64,000 nt of DNA. Source: Macrostomum lignano (taxonomy: Eukaryota). A program made the translations under genes and the position numbers. The stretch lies in contig NIVC01000084.1 of assembly GCA_002269645.1 (NCBI GenBank), forward strand, positions 434,001 through 498,000. Direction: 5' to 3'. Positions 50,333 to 63,646 of this stretch are shown one piece after another. The notes beneath the pieces are model-generated. The model ran no database searches. It was not told the origin of the DNA and saw nothing but the letters and a program-made list of their open reading frames with translations. The first letter of the stretch is position 1, and each line of letters starts with the position of its first letter.

Positions 50333-51263
50333 ATCGGAACCATAGACATATCCTTCTACCACTGTTGTTCTCAGCCGAGTTCGTCTATGGTAAAACTCGG
50401 TTTGCACATCTGTATTTTGCTTCTTGCAGATTCTCTGCATTTTGTTAATCTTAAAGTCTTGAGAAGTTTTTCATATTGTTACGTTATAGGGAACCAATAA
50501 GAGTACTTACGACATCCTGTCGAGTTAAAATCCGAAATAATTCGAATATTGTTGAAATGGTGTTTTGGCTAGTTTGCTGTGGATTTTAGAATGCAATAAT
50601 TTTACTTTTTCTTCATATAGATTTACCTACAGCGAAAGCGAGATCTAGAAATTTTACCGTTCGTTCGGGCCAATGCCAGCTAATAAAAAGGTGGTTAGCC
50701 AGCCCAAGAGATTAATGACTGAATGTGTCGTCGTGGGCGTTGGAGGAGGGGGAGTGTGCGCCCCTCTGCCCCAAAGCCCAGTGACTAAAATCAACCGATT
50801 TGATCGATTTCTGGCCATGGAAGAATGGCAGTTTTTGTCGCACAAGTGGTCGCCAGCTGATGCATGCTGCTCTCTCAATTGCTCGCACAATTGCTAAAAT
50901 GGTCAGTAAAGCTGGCAAGTTGGCCGCAATTTGCACGCATAAGATAAAGCGCGAAACTTCTTTGCTTCAAACAATGTAGGAAAGAAACGATTTAAAGTAG
51001 ATTTTTCTGAATTTTTATTGATTTGGATACATACGACTTCGTTCGTCCCTGCATTATAGGGGAATCATGCAGAGAACATAGAAAAATAGTAAGGCAGTTG
51101 GACCCGTTATAAAACAGGAAATACCTTAGTACTCGTAGCAAACACAGAGACAAAACGTTTATAGCTCGTACATGACACCGACGCTCAACTGGCCTATGAC
51201 GTCATTGTCTATTGGCGTAATGTAAAAACACTCATCGACGTTGGGTACGACGGATACGCCAGT

Positions 51264-52202
51264 CAGTGGCGTAGCCAGTCAATCGCCTGGGGGGTGGGGT
51301 TGGGCGCGGCGGGTACCAAAAACCATGAGGCAATTGAGTGCCTGCGGCGCTAAAATGAGTGCCTGCGGCGCTAAAATGAGTGCCTGCGGCGCCAAAATGA
51401 GTGCCTGCGGCGCTGAGTGCCTGCGGCGCTAAAATGAGTGCCTGCGGCGCTAAAATGAGTGCCTGCGGCGCCAAAATGAGTGCCTGCGGCGCTAAAATGA
51501 GTGCCTGCGGCGCCAAAATGAGTGCCTGCGGCGCCAAAATGAGTGTCTGCGGCGCCAAAATGAGTGCCTGTGGCGCTAAAATGAGTGCCTGCGGCGCCAA
51601 AATGAGTGTCTGCGGCGCTAAAATGAGTGCCTGCGGCGCTAAAATGAGTGCCTGCGGTGCCAAAATGAGTGCCTGCGGCGCCAAAATGAGTGCCTGCGGC
51701 GCCAAAATGAGTGTCTGCGGCGCCAAAATGAGTGCCTGTGGCGCTAAAATGAGTGCCTGCGGCGCCAAAATGAGTGTCTGCGGCGCTAAAATGAGTGCCT
51801 GCGGCGCTAAAATGAGTGCCTGCGGTGCCAAAATGAGTGCCTGCGGCGCCAAAATGAGTGCCTGCGGCGCCAAAATGAGTGCCTGCGGCGCCAAAATGAG
51901 TGCCTGTGGCGCTAAAATGAGTGCCTGCGGCGCCAAAATGAGTGTCTGCGGCGCTAAAATGAGTGCCTGCGGCGCTAAAATGAGTGCCTGCGGTGCCAAA
52001 ATGAGTGCCTGCGGCGCCAAAATGAGTGCCTGCGGCGCTAAAATGAGTGCCTGCGGCGCCAAAATGAGTGCCTGCGGCGCTAAAATGAGTGCCTGCGGCG
52101 CTAAAATGAGTGCCTGCGGCGCCAAAAGTGGCAATGGCATAAGGCATGGCCAGCCAGGCCAACCTGGCCCCCACCCAATTGAAATTCCTGGCTACACCAC
52201 TG
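51264..52202. mobile_element. hAT-type MITE (939 bp) filled by a 21-bp tandem array
   Basis: TIR CAGTGGCGTAGCCAG / CTGGCTACACCACTG; perfect 8-bp TSD ACGCCAGT (51256-51263, 52203-52210); internal (gagtgcctgcggcgcyaaaat)n at ~51336-52125. Confidence 0.92.
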
Positions 52203-52648
52203 ACGCCAGTAAACTTCAGAATGTTTCAGAGGGCACTGGCAGTAGATAGAAATTAAAATCATTTGATTCCACACCAATACGTGTGGTAAATCCAATGTCC
52301 TGTTTTAGCATGCCAAATATGTAAACTGAATGCTTTGTGTACGAGTAGATTTTCTCCACCCCAAAAGTTCCTTAGTAGTATTGTTTTTCTACTGAATAGA
52401 TTTGTTTCCACAACTAAAAAAGCAGCCTATAGCAGCAGCCCAGCTGTTGCCGTCCGCTTAAGCCGCACATTATGCCACAATTGCAGTGCGATTTTAACTG
52501 CCGATTGCATATTCTGTAAAAGAAACAAGTACTGCCGAACTTCAGGTCTGTTTGAACTTATATAAAAAGCTCAGTTGCAGCATTTGGTACAGAATTGCGC
52601 CAGTGTAAAGTGGTATTCAAACTTTTGTGAGTTTGCTACGAAGTGACC

Positions 52649-53063
52649 CAGGGGCGTTGTCACCGGGGGACATGTAAAAGCAATGGGGGGATTTGCCAAT
52701 GCTTTGTTCCCCCCCACCCCCACCTTGTGACCCGTTATGCAAGTCAATAAATATAGCTAGCGACTGCGGCGCCAAAATTAGTGCTAACAACACCGATTCT
52801 AAAAACAATGTACATTTACGCGTACACGCGCTATTGACTTCTAGTGAGAGACTGCCTGCATGTGCACCTTTGTGTGATACGATGCACTCTACTTCTGCTG
52901 AGGCGCAGTGGCTGTTACGCAACTCTGCTGAGCCGTGGCACCCAGCAAGCGACAGCCTCGCTGCGCGAAGCCGGGTGGGGGGGGGGTTTAGCTGTTGCTG
53001 AGTGTACATGTAGTATTCTTGGCTTTGTCCCCCCCCACCATAAAATTCATGGCGACGCCCCTT
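52649..53063. mobile_element. Older hAT-type MITE (~415 bp)
   Basis: Imperfect TIR CAGGGGCGTTGTCAC / ATGGCGACGCCCCTT; degenerate 8-bp TSD AAGTGACC vs AAGAGACA (6/8). Confidence 0.62.
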
Positions 53064-53469
53064 AAGAGACAGATGAATTCAATTCAGTGCGTAGCTATAA
53101 ATATTTACAGACAGCCATCACCACTAGAATAGGACAGGCACACTCGACACTACATGAATACGTTGCATAAGTGGCTTCGAAATCTTCAAGTCGAAGCATT
53201 TTTTAACCTTGAAGTGAAAATACATGTAACCAAGTTTGCTGTTTATAAAGCATACTCGAGTTCAGCGATTAAAAGTCTCTTATCAGTAGTTGGCTTCTCT
53301 CTCTGCAGTGTGACTTGTTGCGCTCTATAACGAACATTGGACTCTTCGTTGAATGCATGATTAACCATGCAGTGTTTTTATATTTAAACTGAGCTTGCGA
53401 AAATTTGTAGCTTAAAAATATTCTGAAGATCATATTCTGTCTCCGTAGCAACCAGAAGTCAGGCTAATC

Positions 53470-55943
53470 ATGGAACCAATGACGATTGCTCTTGCAGTGG
53501 GGGCAGCACTGCTTGGCTACTTTGCAGCGAAAAAGCTCCGTTCGCCGTCAAACCTGCCGCCGGGTCCACCGGCCGTCCCTATTTTCGGGAGCAGCCTGTG
53601 GATTCAATTCCCAATGCGATGTTGGATTCTCAAGACTCCGCAACTGTACGGTCAGATTTGCACATTCGTGCTCGATGGTCGCCGAATCTGCGTGTTGAAC
53701 AGCTACGAGGCCGTGCGGGAGGCTTTCCTGACGCATTCCAGCAACTTCTCCGGCCGGCAGGTGAACATCTTCACCACCAAGGTGCTGGGAAACAGCGGCT
53801 TGTTAGCCGGTGACGGTCCGAAGTGGAAGCAGCTGAGAAGATTCAGCCTGCAGGCTCTGCGCGACTTCGGATTCGGCAAATCGGGTTCTGAAGAGACCAT
53901 AGCTAGGGAGGCGCAAGAGCTGATTGCGGCACTGGAGAGCTCTAACGGTCAGCCAACGTCGACATCGGTTCCATTTAACAAAGCCGTATCTAACGTCATC
54001 TGCAGCCTCGTGTTTGGCAGCCGGGTTGCCGACGAAGATCCGTCATTCGAAGAGAAGCTGAGCCTCATCAACAAACTTACACAAACCTCGGCCGAATCCA
54101 GACATCCGTTACTCACGATTACTATGGCGTTTCAGCGTTTCTTGTCCCCAGAACTGGTGCTGAGTATGCCTTTCCCGAAGAAGATGGTCGGCATCTTCAA
54201 TTCGGTGTTCAACTTCTGTCAGGGTCAGATTGACGCAAAAGAGGCCGCCTACAACACCGCGGATGAGCCGCGCGACTACATCGAAGCGTTCTTGGCCGAA
54301 AGGCACCGACTGACCGACGCACGCAGGACGCGAAGGCGCACCTTAGCAACAAAAATCTTCAAGTTGGTGTCTAATTAATTTTTTGAATATATTTTAATCC
54401 AGGATAAATTATTTCTGCTTATAAATTTTTTTACCCGAAATCACATCTGGACTCATTTCCATCAGATTGACTTTCACGTGCTGTATTCTTCCGTGGGTGG
54501 CTGATTAGCAAATCATTCAACGCTAGAGACTAATTCCTGACCTTAGTTTTAAAGGGAAACGGCGGCTACATGCAGAGGGATGACCCCCAAGGCAAAGTAT
54601 GTACGCTGGTACGCTCAACGATAAGTCAGCGACGCTGTACACCCCGTGAAAGCGTGCACCTGAGCTAATCGTACCAAGGGTTGACAAAACTGGCAAAACA
54701 AAATAAGTTACAACCTAGATATGGGTGGAGTCAATTGTTGCATGTCGATATGCGGCACTCATTCAAAAGCCCGATGCATAAGTAAAATTTCATGACTAGA
54801 ATCTATGTGTATCGATATTATGAAGAACTAATCAACTATAAAAACTAGCGTACAGTTAGAATCCTAGCATCATCATGCAAACTTTACTTGAGTAAACATT
54901 GACCATTTCCAACTACTGCAGGTGAGCATTTCCGACCTATTCGTTGCTGGCACGGACACAACCGCCAACAGTCTGCGCTGGATCGCCCTTCACCTGGCCC
55001 TGAATCCCAACTTGCAGGAGCGACTGGCCAGCTATGTTAAAGACAAGCTCGGCGATCGGCCGCCAGTGATGTGTGACCGGCCAAATCTGCCACTGATTGA
55101 GGCTTTCATCCACGAGGCGCAGCGTTATTACACTCTGGTGCCGACCGGAGTGCCGCATCGGACCACCGCTGATGCCGAGCTGTTGGGTTATTTCATTCCA
55201 AAGGTGCGTGGGCAAAGTGGAGTGGGCAGAATTGCCTCACCTCTGGTTGCGGGATGATTTCGTCATAGCGCTGCGTCAGCGAGCTTACAACCCTCCTACA
55301 ATAATATATTGTCACGCATATATTGCCAATAATATATTGCCAATATATCCTATAATATATTGTAGGATAGCTATTAAACAGAAATCATTCAGTTCAAATG
55401 ATTAAAACGAGGAGCTTTTCTTTGATTTAGCGATCAAACTGAAAAAATTAGGACCACAAGTTGTTTATTACCTTAAGGGACGATTAAGTTCATGTCACAT
55501 GCAGGGGGTATCTATCGTCTACCTAAGTCGATCTGTACCTAGTGTACTTACATGTAGTTAAGTCTGCATACGTTGACTACTTTTATCCTTGTTTGATTTT
55601 AAAGGACACGGTAGTATTCTCCAACATCCAAGCCGTGCACTCCGATCCGACCAACTTTCCGGATCCGGAGACCTTCGATCCTGACCGGTTCATCGACTCT
55701 GCGGGAAAATTCCGTCCCTCCGAGCGCATCATTCCCTTCTCCATTGGAAAGCGCTCGTGTTTGGGAGAAAGCCTGGCCAGAATGGAATTGTTCCTGTTCG
55801 CTGTGTCCCTGGTGCAGGCTTTCCGGATTGGAATTCCAGACAGCGAGAGGAATCGCCTTGACGAGATCAGACGCTACAGCGGAGGCGTGGTGCACTCGCC
55901 AGGACCTCACGAACTGATCTTCCAACGACGTGATGATGACTGA
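53470..55943 (+). CDS. Cytochrome P450, clan 2 (CYP2-like); 1-bp frameshift near 54320
   Basis: Exons 53470-54362, 54922-55203, 55605-55943. Membrane anchor + PPGPP, WKQLRRF (C helix), DLFVAGTDTT (I helix), EAQR, PDRF, heme motif FSIGKRSCLG. The shifted frame DAKAHLSNKNLQ|VSISDLF restores the expected pre-I-helix sequence. Confidence 0.9.
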
Positions 55944-58249
55944 TTTACTTTAACAAGCTCGGGCTAGAATGTACAAGAAAGCAAGGCTTATATGTGTAAA
56001 TTTAGCTTAATGGAAATACTACGATTGCATACATTGTTTTAGTAGTCCTTGCAGTCGTCCTTATGTGATCTATTCAGTTCTATTTATTTCGGACCAACAA
56101 CGCGAATATGCACTATAGATAGCTGCACGCGTGTACATGTACATTATGTACAATGTACAGTGTACATCATTACATGTACATGTACACTTACAAAATAATT
56201 CTTGTATTTTGTCACTACTGCAGCGTCATTACTTTTTATTGTTTTTAAGATGTATTTAACCAAGTACAATAATTACAATGTGGTCACCAAAGGGTAAACC
56301 TCGAGCGAGCCTCGATCGATATTTAAGCATGCAAACTCAAAATACATTGTAAAGTATGTCCAGCTCGAGACCAAGGACTACTTAAGTAGATATACGTTAC
56401 TTTAGTCGTCCTTGATAGAGACTTGTAAAGATTTTGACAGTTACATTACTGTATATCAGTTATCAGTTATACTAAATATTGATACATTAAAGAATGAAAA
56501 ATAACATGACTAAAGTACTCTTAGTAAAGATGGACTTCCGAACCAATGCTCACTGTCAGATATGGAGATACATTACACAAACAACAAACTTAAAAAATTT
56601 AAGTTTGCTGCAGGCACCCCCTACCATGGCGAAGGCAGGCGCACACTCGGCGTTTCGTCGACTGGCTGCTGCGGCTGACGCCGGCGCCCCGGATTCGGCC
56701 GGCGGCGTGGCATTCGTTCATGACCTGGCTCTGAGACGCGCCCTGTAAATTCATGAGCATCAGAAGCCCCTTCAAAATGAATGAAGCTCAGCAGTGTCTT
56801 GTGAAGTTTCCCGTTGATATTTCGTGAGGCCATTTTACTCTGAAAGGATAAATTATAGAATGCATTTTGTATAGATCAAGGAATGTAGCAATAGTGCGGA
56901 AGATGTACAAAGTTGTAAATTTATACATGTATTAGATCTATATCAAATGAAAATATTGAGTATTTATTCCAAACTATTTGAAATTCTATTCGTATTTTAA
57001 AATGCTCAACTTAACCCTGACCAATTCAAATATGTATTTTGTACTGTTCTGTAACAACGATCAAAAATTTATAGCAACAGTTTAGAATTGATAATACTCG
57101 TATAGCCTATGGTTTAAGTGGGACATATTACTATGAGTAAAATAATTACTATTATTGCAAGCCATTAAAGTGCAGTACCTGTATCAAAAGTAATAAAATG
57201 AACAATTGATTTATAATAGTACACCATTTATATAGCAATTATCTGAGATCTGAAATAATTAGGCTAATTAATCTCAAGAGTATAAGAGAAGCCTAAAAAT
57301 AAAAATATGATTCTTCTAATTGTAAAGAAAATAAAAGTTTATATTTCACATCATTAGACTTTAATTTAGAGATAGATTAATAGAGATTTTCTTGCATAGT
57401 GATTATATAATGGATAAAAATAAGCCAAAATGTTTTTAGCATCACCATACATAAGGCATAAATATTATCATAACATAATTGATGATTTCATGACATAACA
57501 AGAAAAACAATAAAAACATGTAGCAATGAAAAAGTAATTTTTTAATAGTCAAAGCAAGGATGTTCCACATTTGGGGCATAAGCCTATTGGCTCTACGTAT
57601 CAAACAAAATGTTAGATTTGATATTTTACAAGGTGATGTTGTCAATGGGACAACAAGCAAATGGTGATAGTGCAAATGCTAATACAAGTAATTCTTCCTA
57701 GTATGAGAATATATGATCGTAAAAAATATTTATATTTAATATAATAATGGCTGCTGATCAGAACGACCCCATATATTGATGCTATGACTAACAACCCATG
57801 CAATAACCAAAAGTTTAGAAAAAAAGTCTATAGAGCATATGCCTACTGGCAAGTTAATTGACAATTACATAGCTGACTTGGTGAAAAAAACTGTAAACAA
57901 GACAAAATTAATTTGCTGAAATGCTGCGAATGATATTTTGAATGGATTACTGATCCAGAACTGTATCTTAGACTTCAAAATTGCAAATTTTAAGCAAACT
58001 TTCAAACTATATTGGTACTTTTTGCCCAGGCCATGCACTAAAACTGCAAATTTCACGTCATTAATTTAAACCAGCTCCATCAATTATCGTGTGCTGCAAA
58101 ATAACCTAACTAAGAACGTTTCATGACTAAAAATAAAAATAAACCAGGTCCAAAGATGAACGAAATTTTACAGAAGAGTGCTCATTTAAATGGGATATTC
58201 ATTTTGTTAAAACTGTCATGGTAACTCGAATCGACGTCGAATTTTCGAC

Positions 58250-59272
58250 CTCTATTCGAAGACAACCAGCACCATATTAAATATTACAAAAGCGCTTACT
58301 TATTCAAAAAACCTGCAGACCTGCCCTCTCAAATTACTTTCCAAGTCTATTTAGAAACAAAAAATACCTAACGACCCTTCTGAAACTGAAATGTGAACTC
58401 ACGCCCAAGGCATTCTCTCAGGAAGCTTGTGGACTCTGTGGAGCAAGAAATGGAGCCGATATTCTCCACTACCTAAGTGAGTGCCCACAAACACTAGAAA
58501 TTAGGAAAAAATACTTTTCTCAATACCTTCTAGATGCCACACACATGCATAAGGGTATGCCACAAATGAAAAAAGAGTCAGAAAAGAGCTCTCCGGAGTA
58601 GCCAAAATTTACGATGTCATGTACAGCTAAATTTATTTGCATGAAATATATAACATGTTTATATACATGCATAGCAGTTAAGTACTGAGTCCGCTTCTTA
58701 CCCCCCCCCCACCTTCACGTTTTCAAAAAATCTGGATCTTTTTTGAAATGGTATTGTAATTACGGTTATATATGCTTTGATATATTGGCATAAAATAGTT
58801 ATTTTTTTTTCTTTTGGATTTTTCGTTCGAACTTCATTCGCACCTTATCGTAATCAAAGTAATCTCGCAATTAAAGCTATATACCTCGTAATTCGTACTC
58901 ATTTTTGTATTAATATTTATACTCGTTGTTAGTTGTTAGTCGTCACTTTTCGTCCAAAAATACCGTAAAAATTCTGGCGCGCTTTCAAATACTTTATCTT
59001 TTACAATAACTCAATTTTAAACAACTCAACAAATACACCCAAGAAAAATGCAAACTTTGTGGCAGAGATTCAGGAAACAATATCTTACACTATACAACTG
59101 AATGTGTCGGCATACTAGATACCAGGAAAAAATACCTTAAACAAAGTAATCTGAGCATAAGGCATTTTTACAGCTTAGGCTTTGCTACAAACGAAAACAA
59201 AAATAAAAAAGATTTGCTAGCTATTGAGAAGACCTATAAATTCATAGCAAATCTTCCTCCACAACCGACATG
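58250..59272 (+). mobile_element. Two degraded non-LTR retrotransposon (LINE) 3' coding fragments (~58250-58600 and ~58975-59272)
   Basis: Start-less frames CGLCGARNGADILHYLSECPQTLEIRKKYF and CKLCGRDSGNNILHYTTECVGILDTRKKYL: a C-x2-C-x9-H-x4-C knuckle typical of LINE ORF2 C-termini. Confidence 0.65.
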
Positions 59273-60555
59273 AAAATAATATGTCTAATAATATGTATGC
59301 AGAAACACCATGTGTACCACGCTGTTGCTACCCGTCTTACATCAATCGAATTCTTGCATGGTTACCTTGAGGCTCGCTATTATTTTTCGATCCCTCCTGC
59401 TACTTTGTATCTCCCTGCATTTTAGTCCCTGCTCCTCCTCTTTTAAACAATACCGGTGAAATTTATCCCGTTCTACGCGTTTATTTGTATACCAAATTTT
59501 TTTCTAATCGCGCTTTTTTTTAATAAGCGCTCTCTATTTGTGATTTCTTTCTTTCATCTTTTATTGCCTAATTAATACAATACACCTATTTTTATCACCT
59601 ACGGGATCAAATGAATTGCTATAACATCAAGATCATACAATGCTTGTTTTTTTTCTTAATTCCTTGCTTAAATACTTTTTGCTTCGTAAGTCGTAAATCG
59701 TTAATCGTTTTAAAGATCGTTTGAAATTTCGTAAAAAAATTTAAGCGCTCTTTCAAATTCTATATCATTGCAAAACCTGGACCGCATCATGTACTTATAT
59801 AATACATAAATATCTCCTATTGAATTAATAAATATACTGTCTTATACTGGCCAAACAGGCTTCTGGCCTGAGCCAAACTTACTACTACTAAAAAAAACTC
59901 GTCAAATCGTCTTTATAAACTTCTATTTCGAAAATTTTTCCAAATACATAGCTCTATAATATACTGGCCAAACAGGCTAATTGCCTGAGCCAAATTCTTA
60001 CTTACTACTTACTATTCGTTAAACTGCATGAATTCGACTTTAGAAGAAAAATCGACTTCGAATCGACTTCGAATCGACGTCAAATTTGACACCGGGAAGT
60101 AATCTGGCCTAATTTTTCTTAACGTGTCTATCATAACAGTAGACTAAGGTGACCTAAACTATCAAAAAGAACACAAATATTTGTAATCATTGTAATCAGT
60201 AGGCTATTAGTTAATAAACTGGCTAATTGAATATTTTGTTATACTTTAAACTGCTTTCTATGATACTTGGCACTAAATTGTTTTTAAAGTTTTGCATTCC
60301 AATCTTCCACGTGCCTAACAGAAATCTAACGATTGCTTTGTAACCTGTAATTTGCTGCTTCATATCTGTAACAGTTCCGGCAGACGATTGAATTCAAATC
60401 TACGATGTTCTGAATATCTAAATTGTTAAGTAATAGGCCTAGCTAACATGTTCTAATCATTTAGCGCTTATGTTATGCAGTATGATTTATGCTTATATTT
60501 GACTAAGCCTGGCTGAAGCAATTTTCATTTAATAAAACCAAGCAAAAAAGTCAAA

Positions 60556-63500
60556 ATGCCTATTTTTATTAAAGATTTTAAATGGTGTGACAGCCTTCAG
60601 AATGTTGTTGTTTCTATTCCACTTAAAGGAATACCTGCATCAAAGGTTGATATTGTATTAACATCAGAATACTTAAAGGTTAGTTTTATTTAAAGTATAA
60701 CTAAACATGTTGCATGCTATATTTTTTATATAATTTTATAATTTTTAGTTTGTTATTTTAATATAGTAGGTCTATATATCTATGAGTTGAGACTCAAATG
60801 AGGTTAGTAAAAGTTAAAAAATAAAAAATGGACCATTCTATAACTTTAAAATTCAATTGCTACATATTGAACTGATAATTATAAAAGTCAAAAATATTTA
60901 AATATGCATAAAAACTAGAGAAATATATCTTTCAAATGAAAATGAAATATTCTTGGAGCAGTGACTGTTTAAACATAATATATTTTTATATATACATACG
61001 AGGTGTATTCAAAAAGTTCTTTTCGGTGCCCTACAAAACTGAACACAAAACAACTGGAACTATGAAAACACTGTTAGATTGCTTAACATGATTCTGTCAC
61101 TCAATATATTCACCGCCAATGTCTTTGCACTTCTGCCAGCAATTTACCAGACCTCTGATTCCGGAACCCACACCACTCGCATCTGTTTGGCGAACAGCTT
61201 GATTGCATGCAGCTTTGATGTGCTCGACGCTGTCAAATCGAATGCCCCGAAGGTGCTTCTTCACAGATGGAAATAAGAAGAAGTCGCATGGCGACAAATC
61301 AGGCGAATAGGGTGGATGTTGGAGCACTTCCCAGCCCCATTTGCTCAGGAGTTCCACAACATTTTGCTTGCAATGTGCTGGCGCATTGTCGTGCAGCAGG
61401 ATCACACCAGATTCCAGCAGATCAGGGCGCTTCTTTCGTATTGCTGGGCGCAACTTCTCCTGCAGAATCCACTTGTAGTAGTCCCCATTGACGGTGGTTC
61501 CAATTGTGGGACTGCCCAGTATAGCAGGATTCCTTAGGAATCAAAAAACATGACATGCATGATATTTATCGTGCCCTGCTTCCTGATGGCCTTCTGAGGT
61601 CTTGGAGAATGTGCTGGAAGCCATTCGGCAGACTGGGCCTTTGTCTCAGGATCCCAGCTGTCTCCATCAACAATTCTGTATAGAAAATCCTCCCTTTCTC
61701 GATGGAACCGACGCAGGTGGCTGCTTGAAGCCACAGTTCGCTGCATCTTTTGCTCACCTGTCAGCAGGTGTGGCACCCACTTGCAGAACTTTTTCTACAG
61801 GTGAAGACGCTCCGTCAGAATGGTGTGGACGCTTCCTAATGACACACCAACGTCTTCTGCCAACTCTTTGCAAGTCCAGGGCCGATCATCATCCAGGAGC
61901 TCTTGCACTTTCTTCATAACAGTCTTGTTGGTTGCAGTCATCAGCCTTCCAGAGCGATCATTGTCCTCAACGCTCTCTCTTCCATCAGCAAACAGCCGGT
62001 ACCATTTTCGAACTGTCTGCTTAGTTGGTGCATAGTTGCCAAGCACTTGCTGAAGCTCGCTAAACATATCCGGTGGCTTTTTTCCTTGCAGAAACTGAAA
62101 CTTCATCAAGCTTTGAACATCTTGCTTTGAAAATGATTCAGCCATGGCCAAGAAATTGAGTGGTAGCTGATAGAAATTTTCGCTGCTCTAACATAGTTGC
62201 AAACTGAGGCTTACAACCCTAGACAACCCTAGAAACGTTTAGGCCATAGAAAAAACTTGGTGAAATCGCTAAAATTCTGTTTACAACGCTTTCTAAAAAT
62301 AAATGCCAAAGGACCAAAAAGAACTTTTTGAATACACCTCGTAACACTAAACACTATACTTAAAATGGATTCATTTCTTAAAGCTATCTCATTTTTTATG
62401 CAAATACAATCCTTAATTTTCTTTTTTTCTATTTTCTTTTAGGCCTACCCTATATTAAAAATTTAGCATTTTAAGTTGTTCCTTTTACTATCAAAGAATA
62501 TTAAATGAATTGACTAGCCTAGCCATTATATCCTAATATCACTTATATTAAAATACCCCCTCCCCTAATTCCCTTTGGTAGAAAACTATAAAACTGTTTT
62601 ATGTCTTATGTTAAAAAAATATTGCAAGAAATATATAAGCTTTCAACTATAAAAGTATAAAAATATCACTTGCTTTCAAGTGTATATATTTGAATATAAT
62701 TTATCTTATCATCTTATCTTATCTTATTTTCTGATCAATGTGACTTTTTCACCTCTAGTTGCAACTTAGTTGTTTCTGGTTGTGACATGGTCTTTGTCTT
62801 TGCTTCTTTCTATTTTATTTTCTTTGTTTCTTTGTTTTTGTTTGACATAACACTTCTTTTATGTTTCACAAAATGTTGCTCTTTGTTTGGCATGATACTT
62901 TTATAATTAACATGATGTTCCTATTTTTATTTCTTTTGTTAAGTTTTATTTTTATTAAAAATTATTTCAAAAAATTATTTTTTTCTACTAAAATTCAAAC
63001 TAGGTTGCTACATTAGCCTTTCTGTCATTTCATATCTAGGCTAGCTCTTATTGTTTCAATATTGTGAATTATAGTAGTTATAGTTTTGTTAAACACTCAC
63101 ATTGAATTAGTTAGAGTAAAAGTCACAAGGCAGCTATTATGATCAATTACCTAGGCAGTTAGTATCAGTCTTTATTAAAGTTAAGACAATAGTTACAGAA
63201 TATCAATATGAAGTACAGTACTATATGATTCCACACTGTAGATTAGCAATATGGTGCAATTCAAATCAGTGTCAAAATTCAGTTAGGGCCTAGTAAACTG
63301 ACAAATAAAAAGCCTAGTGTGATACAATCTTTATCAAAATCAGAATTCAGTAATTCATTTTTTTCTCCAGCAGTTTTACAATGCATTTCAAGTCAAAAAG
63401 TCTGCTTGACCTTTGGAAAGGGATTTTTTGAATATTTAATCTGCTTAGCTATGAGCAATTTCTTAGCCAAGAAACATATTTTTATTTATTTTTAGGTATC

Positions 63501-63646
63501 CTTTTCGCCATACATTTTTGAGTGCTTTTTCTATCAGCCAATCTCAGAAGATCAATCAACATGTGTGGCTGACAGCGGTATTATGCAGGTCACTGCCACC
63601 AAAATGGAGCAAATTGCTTGGCCACAATTGATGATTGATAATGCCG
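60556..63646 (+). CDS. DNAAF4: Dynein axonemal assembly factor 4 (DYX1C1), first two coding exons (CS/p23-like domain); continues beyond window
   Basis: Exon 60556-60678 MPIFIKDFKWCDSLQNVVVSIPLKGIPASKVDIVLTSEYLK|GT and exon 63496-63646 VSFSPYIFECFFYQPISEDQSTCVADSGIMQVTATKMEQIAWPQL. These resemble the human DNAAF4 N-terminus (MPLQVSDYSWQQT..LPLKGV..ENYLK|VNFPPFLFEAFLYAPI), with a phase-0 intron after YLK. Absent from the ORF track. Confidence 0.85.
60999..62341 (-). mobile_element. Mariner (Tc1/mariner) transposon, full length 1343 bp, defective transposase
   Basis: TIR CGAGGTGTATTCAAAAAGTTCTTTT at both ends with TA TSDs. Transposase fragments 62151-61795, 61776-61534, 61453-61097 with PHLLT, HDNAPAH, YSPDLSPCDF. 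Frameshifts and a deletion at the first catalytic Asp. The TIR resembles irritans-subfamily (Hsmar2-like) ends (inference). Confidence 0.95.

Noticed and set aside
51197-51215. CRE palindrome TGACGTCA plus CCAAT box as a promoter
   Set aside because: Short motifs with no mapped transcription start; chance occurrence is plausible.
51232-52249. SACGAKM, AAGTHF and LILAPQA repeat proteins
   Set aside because: The 21-bp array lies within a MITE bounded by TIRs and a TSD.
54545-54700. Structured RNA in CYP intron 1 (CGT-GAAA-GCG hairpin)
   Set aside because: Only a 3-bp stem is evident and no family motif was recognised.
56130-56190. TGTACA/TACATGTA and TAGGCCTA palindrome clusters (also ~14050-14940)
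   Set aside because: Low-complexity motifs common in AT-rich invertebrate DNA, with no higher-order structure.
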